A DNA stretch of 64,000 nucleotides from an uncultured Gemmatimonadales bacterium (GTDB lineage Bacteria; Gemmatimonadota; Gemmatimonadetes; Longimicrobiales; Longimicrobiaceae): NCBI GenBank assembly GCA_963716255.1, contig OY970303.1, positions 3,616,001 through 3,680,000 on the forward strand, in the 5' to 3' direction. Shown one piece after another: positions 20,401-27,608 of the stretch (position 1 is the first letter of the stretch; every line of letters begins with the position of its first letter). A program made the position numbers and the translations under genes. The notes beneath the pieces were generated by a model. That model was not told the origin of the DNA and did no database searches. It saw nothing but the letters and a program-made list of their open reading frames with translations.

Positions 20401-20835
20401 AGCGGACACGCCAGCGGCCACATGGAGCCGATCGTGGAGGGTGACCGGTTGGCCCTGCATTACCAGGACGACGCGCTGAGGCTTCGCCCCGCGGGGAACA
20501 CGGCCGTGGCGGAGGTCCTGAACGGACGGGCAGCCCTGTACGTGCAGGACGCCCCCGGGCTGAACAACCTAGACTGGAGCCCTGGTGCCTTGCAGCGAAC
20601 CCTCCAGCAGGTGGTGTCTGCGAGACCGGGGAGCCTCGGGAGTCTCCCGCGCGGTGACCTGGCCCACTTCCGACCGAGTCTGCTCTCCACGGTGGAGACA
20701 CCCGAACGGTACCGGCTGCGTGCCAATCCGGCGCCGGCCCTGCGCACCTACCGGGGATACCGGGCGAACGAAAGGTGCGAAAGGCAGGCGGATGCACCCG
20801 ATTGCCCCCGGGTGTACGTAGTGACGGTGGAGTGA
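17434..20835 (+). CDS. Large exported/membrane-anchored hypothetical protein, central region reminiscent of DUF1598 (operon gene 2)
   Basis: 1133-aa ORF; N-terminal hydrophobic segment; GTEVGMVLFYTDLLAK...RLWFGP...WNDHYEEVARYEPEYERLNEIMK...SGGVSL pattern; domain call tentative. Confidence 0.75.
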   Translation: MRKAIDIGSALIIVGALAGITGLHGRESAPVVSETVSPFAEFPMGQPVAVDFRVDDALLDSLSQRESADQYRDWLLFTASAGAEVEPEKLSDALFDRPAVRYGFMRAVGGLEYGEVRSVFVGEGLVVALVPASRSREERIDDLAHVADQHRKNLGELPDSLAVFEYDIDLTARTGQLARTGTVRARTLFTPESGYHEARITDLDGLSAFMESIDDVTYAQVDGTALRLGGRRQLGRSYRGIRVEDVAAIWKSEKVIQERRARFDAQIRQEEDEFNSRWTRRSYDTEAERLRLEEERDAEWASVKERVARQARSLGALEGSGFSLDPAWDFEGLAWFFRDEVEPELLSGGEERAAEIRSALEAGDVEPYFALLDAIRQAGSGELANYLLQRTYEHQFQAARYDGQLQGTEVGMVLFYTDLLAKLWALDYMDRSPDAEIPDFESIPRRPISPVYRMQLDSLSKTRLWFGPQDTGFQTAADGRTLLFERNATRVYAASASGFTPGEEAPANAQSEAFLGWWNDHYEEVARYEPEYERLNEIMKWSLLVGWLNRSGSGGLLGFLEGVPVDTTSWFPDWVRERPELRFREWPSIEFYGRGFKGSRTEALPRLNSSSYVQFGTERLLSGGVSLGSRATFAERQALSRTVSPLRRRSNLNYGAVDNVANEFRTLDGVGYRFASRGRGHSSVVVSPTDKVRFRSTYGEVARGDVERVLAKSATKLQVETTVGGKQLGTLQVSRTEGGFAVAWRGREVARAQALARQLSHGQEVGALLRADGEVAAAYRLETGEYLVSFEHSDRWVRIAPEQASTVELPPGWDARVAGYEGRPQLLSWVDDAQARSDLSRGGAVPIKEEVERTASSFPSNDYRAAAREAVSDPAAFRARGEKSFRDALTRSDRDIASGRFDRALGVLDEIDQAFRRRPEFTMRRAIAELGRDRPETAAQVLRASEAGRLLDRTRFIDEVSARLARTPAADLPDVQTVSWYTEWNDLRASGHASGHMEPIVEGDRLALHYQDDALRLRPAGNTAVAEVLNGRAALYVQDAPGLNNLDWSPGALQRTLQQVVSARPGSLGSLPRGDLAHFRPSLLSTVETPERYRLRANPAPALRTYRGYRANERCERQADAPDCPRVYVVTVE

Positions 20836-20842
20836 GCGTCTC

Positions 20843-23755
20843 ATGGTCCCGTTGGTGGACGGCTGGGAAGCGCTCCAGGTCAGGTTCGACAAAGCAGAGG
20901 ATCGTCTCCGGAGCGGGGAATACGGTGCCGCGCTGGACGCTTATCGCGATCTCCTCGCTGCCCGCCTGGCGGAGCACCTCCGCGCGGGCAACACGCTCGA
21001 CGAGACGGACGGGGTCGTGGCGGAGCGACTCGCGGACGTGGCGGTGCTCCTCGGAGAAACGCGCGCGGCCGACGATCTGCTCGGGGCGCTCGCCGACGCT
21101 CTCACGCAGGCCGGAAACACGGTGGGCGCGAGCTACGTCTCGCTCAAGCGCGCCCTGGTGGCGTCGGGTCTAGGGAAACCGGGTCCGGCTTTCGCCGTGC
21201 TGCGGTCCCTGGAACCGAGCGTCGGCAGCCTGGAGGAGATCGAATTCAGCGCCTCGGGCCTGTCCCGCTGGGAACGCCGGTGCCGGTGGCAGAGCGCGGG
21301 AGAAGCGGACTTCGCGATCCTCCTCTCCCAGTTCTACCTCGTCACGGGCACCCTGCTTTCGATGCTGGGAAACTACGCGAACGCAGAAGCTGCCCTGCGC
21401 CGCGGACTGCATTACACACGTGGCGCCGCTCCACAGCTGGCTCTCCTGAGCGCGACCCCGCTACGCCTGGCCCTGGCGGGAGCAATGCTCGAGAAGGGCG
21501 AGCTGAGCTCCGCCACGGTGGAACTCGGGAAATTGTCCCCCGCCGTCCTGCAGGGGCAACCTGGCTGGACCGTGCGCAGCCTGGAGTTGCTGGCGACGGT
21601 CGCGCTCCTTCGCGGAAAGATGGGAACGGCCCTGGAGCACCTGCGGCACGTCGTCCAGCTCTGCGAGGCTGCAGGCTTCCACGGGGCGAGCGCCCGCGCG
21701 CGTATGAACCTCGCCCACGCCCTGATCCTCCTCAACCAGACACACGCGGCTCGCCGGCTCCTTGCGCAGATGGAGCGCGAGGGTCCCGGGAGCGGCCGGG
21801 AGACGGCAGCGCGTGCGGCCTGGCTGCTCCTCGTGGCGGACGCACGCGGGAGGTCCCTCGCTCCGCGGGTCCTGTCCGGCTTCGAAGCATGGGGCGGAGG
21901 TGTCGAGGACGGAGATGCCGAAGGACCAGCGGCTTCCGGGGTCGCGCCGGAGCTTCCGGAGCCGGCAAGCCACCTGGCCCTCTTCGACGATCTCGCGCTT
22001 GCATTCTACTGGGATCTCGGCCGGCAGGATTTCAAGGGAGCTGAGCACCGCCTCACGGACATGCGCGACGTGTTCTCAAGCTGCGATTCGGAACTGATCG
22101 CCGTCCGCCTCGCCGTCCTTTCCGGCGTCCTGACGTACTACTGCGGGAGGTTTGCCGATGCGGAGGCCGTTTTCCGCGCCACGCTCCCGCGGCTCGGAGA
22201 GCTGGGCCTGAAACCGGAGGAGTGGCAAGCCCTCCGCTTCATGGGGTGGTGCAGCGTACGTCGGGGTCGTCCAGAAAGCCAAACGCGTTTCGCCGTGCAG
22301 AAATCGACGGTGCTCCTGCAGGAGCTTGCCGATTCGCTGGGGCCGAGCGACCGGGTCCTCTTTCTCCTCAACAAGTGGACAGCGGACGAAGAGCACCTCG
22401 TAGGTGAGGTGGACGCACTGATCCGGACGCGCGAGGCGTGGGCCGCGAGCCCGTGGTGGCGCCCCCTCTCCCATGGCCGCCTGGTCGCCCGACTGCACGA
22501 CCTGCTCTCGCAGATCGATCGCCACAAAGCGGACGTGGCGCTCGAGCACGTGCGGGGCGCGGCCTCGGGGCGCCATGAGGGTAGCCCAGAAGCCGTGTCG
22601 ATCTGGCGGCGGCTCCTCTCTCACCCGAGGGACCGGGCCACGCTGACGTTCCTCGTGCTTCCGGATCGGGTCGTCGCGATCGTCTCGGGGTGGCTGCTCC
22701 TGGATTTCTCCGTCATGCCGCTTACGCGGGTACGGTTGCGGGAAGAGGTACGTCGCTGGCATGAGCTTGCGAGTGGGTTCGCTGAAGGAGAGGCGCCAGA
22801 AAAACGTGCGGACGAGCGGACCGGCGTGGTCGACCGGTTGACCGCCGAACTGGGCCTGCAGGCCCTCCTGGACCGTCTCCCCGACCGGGTTCGGGCGCTC
22901 ACGCTGGTACCGGATGACGCGCTCCACGGCTTTCCCTTCGCTGCGGTCCGCGTCAGGGACCGCTACATGATCGAAGAGTACGCGCTCAACTTTGCGTTCT
23001 CCTCGCTTCCCGGCAGGAGGCGGGAGCGGACGGTCGGAAACGCGCTCCTAGTGGGCATCGGCCGCGGCACCGACGAGTATCCGCCGCTGCCTAACATCCG
23101 TGGGGAGATGGACGCCGTCCAGCGGTGGCTGGAAGATCATGGCGTCGAACCGCTCAGGATGGACGAGGACTCGGGGTGCCCGGCGTCACGGGAGTCGCTC
23201 ATGGCCGCGCTTCAGGAGTCGGGCTTCTTTCACGCCGCCTGTCACGGCCGTTTCGCCCCCGACGAGCCCGAGCGTTCCGGACTTCTGCTCGATCCCGCGA
23301 GCGGAGAGATGCTTACCCTGCGAGACCTGGCAACGCTCGCGCTCGGCGGCATGAGTCACGCGACGCTCTCGTCGTGCTGGTCCGCGGACAGCTACGTGCT
23401 TCCGGGCCGCTGGATCGTGAGCCTGCCCGAGACGCTGTGCCGGGTGGGAGCCGCAAGCGTGCTCGCGAGTCTCTGGCCTCTGGAGGATCAGTTCGGACGG
23501 GCGTTCCAGGAGACATTCTACAGGGGTCTCGATGGGCTGCCGCGGGACCAGGCGCTCCGACGGGCACAACTCGCCGCTTTCAGCGGCTCGCTCCCCGGCG
23601 CCGAGGGGACCTGGACCGCAGACCCGGTGTTCTGGGCCGGTCTGCAGCTATACGGCGACCCCGGCCGGCTCCGGTTCGCTGCGAATCCTGTGGCCCACCT
23701 TCGGGACGGTAAGTCTGGACCGTTCATCCAACCTTTCGGCCAAGGCCATCTATGA
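20843..23755 (+). CDS. TPR-CHAT domain caspase-like protease (operon gene 3)
   Basis: N-terminal TPRs; CHAT motifs LTLVPDDALHGFPFAA, FHAACHG (catalytic His), SGLLL, TLSSCWS (catalytic Cys), GAASVLASLWPL, ALRRAQL, PVFWAG. Confidence 0.93.
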   Translation: MVPLVDGWEALQVRFDKAEDRLRSGEYGAALDAYRDLLAARLAEHLRAGNTLDETDGVVAERLADVAVLLGETRAADDLLGALADALTQAGNTVGASYVSLKRALVASGLGKPGPAFAVLRSLEPSVGSLEEIEFSASGLSRWERRCRWQSAGEADFAILLSQFYLVTGTLLSMLGNYANAEAALRRGLHYTRGAAPQLALLSATPLRLALAGAMLEKGELSSATVELGKLSPAVLQGQPGWTVRSLELLATVALLRGKMGTALEHLRHVVQLCEAAGFHGASARARMNLAHALILLNQTHAARRLLAQMEREGPGSGRETAARAAWLLLVADARGRSLAPRVLSGFEAWGGGVEDGDAEGPAASGVAPELPEPASHLALFDDLALAFYWDLGRQDFKGAEHRLTDMRDVFSSCDSELIAVRLAVLSGVLTYYCGRFADAEAVFRATLPRLGELGLKPEEWQALRFMGWCSVRRGRPESQTRFAVQKSTVLLQELADSLGPSDRVLFLLNKWTADEEHLVGEVDALIRTREAWAASPWWRPLSHGRLVARLHDLLSQIDRHKADVALEHVRGAASGRHEGSPEAVSIWRRLLSHPRDRATLTFLVLPDRVVAIVSGWLLLDFSVMPLTRVRLREEVRRWHELASGFAEGEAPEKRADERTGVVDRLTAELGLQALLDRLPDRVRALTLVPDDALHGFPFAAVRVRDRYMIEEYALNFAFSSLPGRRRERTVGNALLVGIGRGTDEYPPLPNIRGEMDAVQRWLEDHGVEPLRMDEDSGCPASRESLMAALQESGFFHAACHGRFAPDEPERSGLLLDPASGEMLTLRDLATLALGGMSHATLSSCWSADSYVLPGRWIVSLPETLCRVGAASVLASLWPLEDQFGRAFQETFYRGLDGLPRDQALRRAQLAAFSGSLPGAEGTWTADPVFWAGLQLYGDPGRLRFAANPVAHLRDGKSGPFIQPFGQGHL

Positions 23756-24519
23756 GCATGAGCCGGTGGTATGCGAAGGAGGTACGAGACAATACCAGTT
23801 ACCTGCCTACGTGGCTGCCGATTGTTCGCGTCGCCCCGGGGGACGTGGGCCGCATTACCGACTTCCAGTTTACTCCGCTCGGGAACCTTGGCCACTTCGG
23901 TGTTCCTTTCCATCTGGAGGAGGGGGGGGCGCCGTCCGACATCGAATACTACTCCGCGGGTTCGGTGTCGATAGCGCTCAAGCTCGCCGGCGAGGCCCCC
24001 GTGCCGGGCTCCGTGCTGACGCAGGCGGAGGCGGGTCTGAGGGTCACCTTCGGGAGGGAGAACGCAGTTGCGTTTCGCTGCTCCGGCTGCACGTCTGCCC
24101 GTATTCCGGACCAACTCTCTCTCGGAAAGCAGGTTCTCGCCCTCCATGAGCGTGGGGAGTGGCCGGAAGATCTGGTCGTCGTGACGGAGGTCATCTCCGC
24201 GGGCGCGGCGACGGTGCTCATCTCCAGCGCGGTGAACGCGAGCGTCGACCTGCGGGCGGGCGGCAGGATCGGTTCCGGTCCCGTCAACCTGGCCGCGGGG
24301 GATGCCGGGTTCCAGGTCGTCCGCGCTTCGAACATGGGGATGCAGGTGGTGGCGGAGACCGGGCTCACACCCCTGATCCGCACCTCGGGGGTGAGAGCGC
24401 GCCTGTTCCGCCCCAGAGTGTTTCGCGGAGGAGGGCCACGAAGGCCGGGCGAGCCGTCCCTGCGCTTCGTGGACGTATCGTACGACGACTACGAGGACAG
24501 CCCGCCGATTTCCGACTGA
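23752..24519 (+). CDS. Putative gasdermin-like pore-forming protein (operon gene 4)
   Basis: 255 aa, ATGA overlap with CHAT gene; N-terminal YLPTWLP....APGDVG....F..LGNL motif, amphipathic beta-hairpins, LVVVTEVI strand, short flexible/acidic C-terminal tail. Confidence 0.65.
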   Translation: MSMSRWYAKEVRDNTSYLPTWLPIVRVAPGDVGRITDFQFTPLGNLGHFGVPFHLEEGGAPSDIEYYSAGSVSIALKLAGEAPVPGSVLTQAEAGLRVTFGRENAVAFRCSGCTSARIPDQLSLGKQVLALHERGEWPEDLVVVTEVISAGAATVLISSAVNASVDLRAGGRIGSGPVNLAAGDAGFQVVRASNMGMQVVAETGLTPLIRTSGVRARLFRPRVFRGGGPRRPGEPSLRFVDVSYDDYEDSPPISD

Positions 24520-24652
24520 AGGACCTGGCTCCGCAGCCTCGCGTGGGCAGCCGTGCGGAACCCTGCCCGGCACAGCGCCCACTTGGCCACCACGCCGCGT
24601 TCGCGCCCCGGCTCGAGCCGAGGGGGAGCAGATCCCGCCCGGGTCCGGTCGA

Positions 24653-26605
24653 TCAGGGTCGACCAGGTGCCGCGTCACCCTGCGGAAGCACCTGTGCCTC
24701 CAGGCGGCTCGCCGCCTCCGGGCTCACCCAGACGCGGTGGGCCGCGCGGATGAAATCGTCCTCGCGGGCCTCGTAGATGCTGGGCACGTACCGCTGCGGG
24801 TTGCGGTCGAAGAGCGGAAACCAGCTGCTCTGCACCTGCACCATCACCCGGTGCCCCTTCCGGAAGGTGTGGAGCACGTCCGGAAGGCGGAACGAGACCT
24901 CGGTCACCCGGTCCGGCTGGAAGGGGGCCGGGGCGCTGAAGGAGTCGCGGAAGCGCCCGCGCATGATCTCGCCGCGGACGAGCTGCTGGTAGCCGCCCAG
25001 CCGGACCGTGGAGTCCGGCGAAGGGGGCCCGCCCGGTCCGGCGGGCGGGTACACGTCGATCAGCTTGACCACGAAGTCCGCGTCGGTGCCCGTCGTGCTC
25101 ACCCACAGGCGGGCGGTGATCTCGCCGCCGAAGGTGACGTCCTCCGGCAGCGCGCCGGTCTGGAACACGGCGACGTCCGGACGCGACACAAAGCAGCGCT
25201 GATCGTCGCTCATGTAGCGGAACAGCACACCCTCCTCGATCGTCTGTCCCGAGCACCGGGACGGGACCGGCCGGTGCGGATCGCTCGCGTACTCCACGAA
25301 CGCCGGGCCGCCCGCAGGGGACGACGCGGCCAGCGCGCCGTCCCCGCGAAGGAAGTAGTCCCGCCGCGCCGCCTCCGGCGCCGGCCAGGCGTCGAACCGG
25401 ACCCACGCCCTGCGTCCCGTGTCGAACATCAGCGCGCCGGCCGGTGCCGCCCGCGCGCCCTTCAGGTGCGCGCGAAAGAACGCAGCCTCCACGTCCCGCT
25501 GGTACGCCGTCTCCAGGGAGTCACCGAAGTACAGGTCGCCGTGCGTGGTATGCGTAACTCCGCGCGCGGCCCAGCCCCGGTGCCCGAACGGCCCCATCAC
25601 CAGCGAGGCGTTCGTGCCGCCGTTCGCGCGCAGCGCGCGGTACGCCGCCAGCGTCCCCCACAGGTTCTCGGCGTCGAACCAGCCGCCCACCACCAGGACG
25701 GGATGGGTGACGCGGGACAGGTGCGGGACCATGGAACGCGCCCGCCAGAACGCATCGTAGTCGGGATGCGCGGCGATCTGCCGCCACCACAGGTTCTCCG
25801 GGTAGATGCGGGCGGTGACGTTGCGAAGCGGACCCAGCCCCAGCTGGTAGGCGTAGTCGTCCCCCATCCCGTGCGCGGCGACGCGCAGGTATTCGGGGAG
25901 CCACCAGTGCGACGCGGTCGGCTCCGGACGCGGTACGCCGAAGACCGGGTAGGCGTAGAAGTGCCCCTGGAGCAGCGCGCCGTTGTGGTGAAAGTCCTCG
26001 AAGAAGAAGTCCATCACCGGCGCCTGGAGCGACGAGGCCACGATGGCCGGGTGCCCGGACAGCGCGGCCGCCGCGGCGTAGTAGCCCCCGTAGCTCACCC
26101 CCAGCAGGCCCACCCGCCCGTCGTGCGCGGGAAGGTTGCGGACGAGCCACTCGACGGTGTCGAACCCGTCCGTGACCTCGTCCGTCGCGCGCGCGTCTCG
26201 CAGCCGCACCGAATCGGCCAGCAGCGGCCGGACGTTCTCGAAATCGCCCTCCGAAAGGTACCGCCCCCGCACCTCCTGGTTGACGAAGATGTACCCATCC
26301 CGGAGCGCGAAGGTGGACGGGCCCAGCGTAGCGGGATACGCGCCGGGACCGTACGGCCCCACCGGGAACGGCGTGCGCTGGAGGATGACCGGATAGCGGC
26401 GCCGGGGCGTCGCGTCCCTGGGCACGTACACCACGGTGAACAGCCGCACCCCGTCGCGCATGGGAATGCGCTCTTCGTGCTTGACGTAGTGCTCCGCGAT
26501 GAACGCCGAATCGGTGACCTCGGCGGACTGCCCGGCGAGCGCCGCCGCGCTGCCAAGGAGCAGCGCCAGCACCGGCGTGGACGACCGCCGGAACGGCCGG
26601 AGCAT
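24653..26605 (-). CDS. CocE/NonD family serine hydrolase (glutaryl-7-ACA acylase-like), exported
   Basis: IPMRDGVRL, RTP, VRGRYLSEG, GVSYGG nucleophile elbow, GGWFDAEN, HTFRKGHR..VQVQSSWFP; start 26605 or 26701. Confidence 0.92.
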   Translation of the reverse strand: MLRPFRRSSTPVLALLLGSAAALAGQSAEVTDSAFIAEHYVKHEERIPMRDGVRLFTVVYVPRDATPRRRYPVILQRTPFPVGPYGPGAYPATLGPSTFALRDGYIFVNQEVRGRYLSEGDFENVRPLLADSVRLRDARATDEVTDGFDTVEWLVRNLPAHDGRVGLLGVSYGGYYAAAAALSGHPAIVASSLQAPVMDFFFEDFHHNGALLQGHFYAYPVFGVPRPEPTASHWWLPEYLRVAAHGMGDDYAYQLGLGPLRNVTARIYPENLWWRQIAAHPDYDAFWRARSMVPHLSRVTHPVLVVGGWFDAENLWGTLAAYRALRANGGTNASLVMGPFGHRGWAARGVTHTTHGDLYFGDSLETAYQRDVEAAFFRAHLKGARAAPAGALMFDTGRRAWVRFDAWPAPEAARRDYFLRGDGALAASSPAGGPAFVEYASDPHRPVPSRCSGQTIEEGVLFRYMSDDQRCFVSRPDVAVFQTGALPEDVTFGGEITARLWVSTTGTDADFVVKLIDVYPPAGPGGPPSPDSTVRLGGYQQLVRGEIMRGRFRDSFSAPAPFQPDRVTEVSFRLPDVLHTFRKGHRVMVQVQSSWFPLFDRNPQRYVPSIYEAREDDFIRAAHRVWVSPEAASRLEAQVLPQGDAAPGRP

Positions 26606-26887
26606 CGCCGTGCGCGTCGCCTGGAGCCACGTCCGCCGCCCCCCGGTCTCGTGCTCCACGCAGCCGGTGCGCGCGCTGGATTCGACGCTTGGTGCATCCA
26701 TGGGGAGATCGCCTTCACCGGGGAATCGGGGTGATGCGAGAAAGCTGCTCCGCCCCCGGGATGCCGTCAATCTTGATTTCGCAATCAATCCATGTAACTG
26801 CGAACGGGCAGCCGGCTGGAGTATCGTTTCGGCCGTGTGTACCTTGGAATCGCACCGCGTCGATCTCCCCAACTCCAACGGGTCCGC

Positions 26888-27367
26888 ATGGAAAGTGAAC
26901 TGCTGCGGGAGCAGCTCCTGGAGACGTGGGAGATCCACGCCCGCATCAACCTGTACCTGCTGGACGCCGTCCCGCCCGGGGCGCTGGGCGACGTGTCCGC
27001 GTCGAAAGGCCGCACCGTGGGCGAGCAGTTCGCGCACGTGCACAACGTGCGGCTGATGTGGCTCAAGGAGGCCGCACCCGAGCTGATGGCGGGGCTCGCC
27101 AGGGTGGAAAAGGACGCCGCCGCCGATCCCGCCCTCCTCCGGCGCTCGCTGGAAGCTTCCGCCGTCGCGGTCTCCGCCCTGCTGGCGAAAGCGCTCGCGG
27201 CCGGCGGAAAGGTGCGCGGCTTCAAGCCCCACGCGGCCGCTTTCCTGGGCTACCTGGTCGCCCACGAGTCGCACCACCGCGGGCAGATCGCGCTGACGCT
27301 CAAGCAGGCCGGGCACCCGCTGGACCGGAAGGCCGCGTACGGACTGTGGGAGTGGGGCGTGCGCTGA
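26888..27367 (+). CDS. DinB family protein
   Basis: QFAHVHNVRLMW ... HESHHRGQ metal-binding histidines. Confidence 0.9.
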   Translation: MESELLREQLLETWEIHARINLYLLDAVPPGALGDVSASKGRTVGEQFAHVHNVRLMWLKEAAPELMAGLARVEKDAAADPALLRRSLEASAVAVSALLAKALAAGGKVRGFKPHAAAFLGYLVAHESHHRGQIALTLKQAGHPLDRKAAYGLWEWGVR

Positions 27368-27608
27368 CCTGCGCAAACGTGTGTCTCCCGGGTTCCACAG
27401 GTGCGGTGGGCACGCAGCGAAACCGCGAAAAACGGATTGGCGGCGCCGGCGTGTCGGCACCGCCTAACTGAAGTCCCGCTTCGAATTACCGAACCGTTAC
27501 CTGGTTCAATTGACTTAAGACAATACCTAACTTATCTTTGCCTCGCGCCTCCACCCGACCGGCGTGGTCCAGGTGCGTCCGTCCGATCCCCACAAACCTA
27601 TCCAATCC

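Noticed and set aside
20843..23755. TPR-CHAT as a type III-E CRISPR (Csx29/Craspase) component
   Set aside because: No cas genes or array in the window
15200..24650. Prophage or integrative-element boundaries around the CHAT operon
   Set aside because: No integrase, tRNA or convincing flanking direct repeats found
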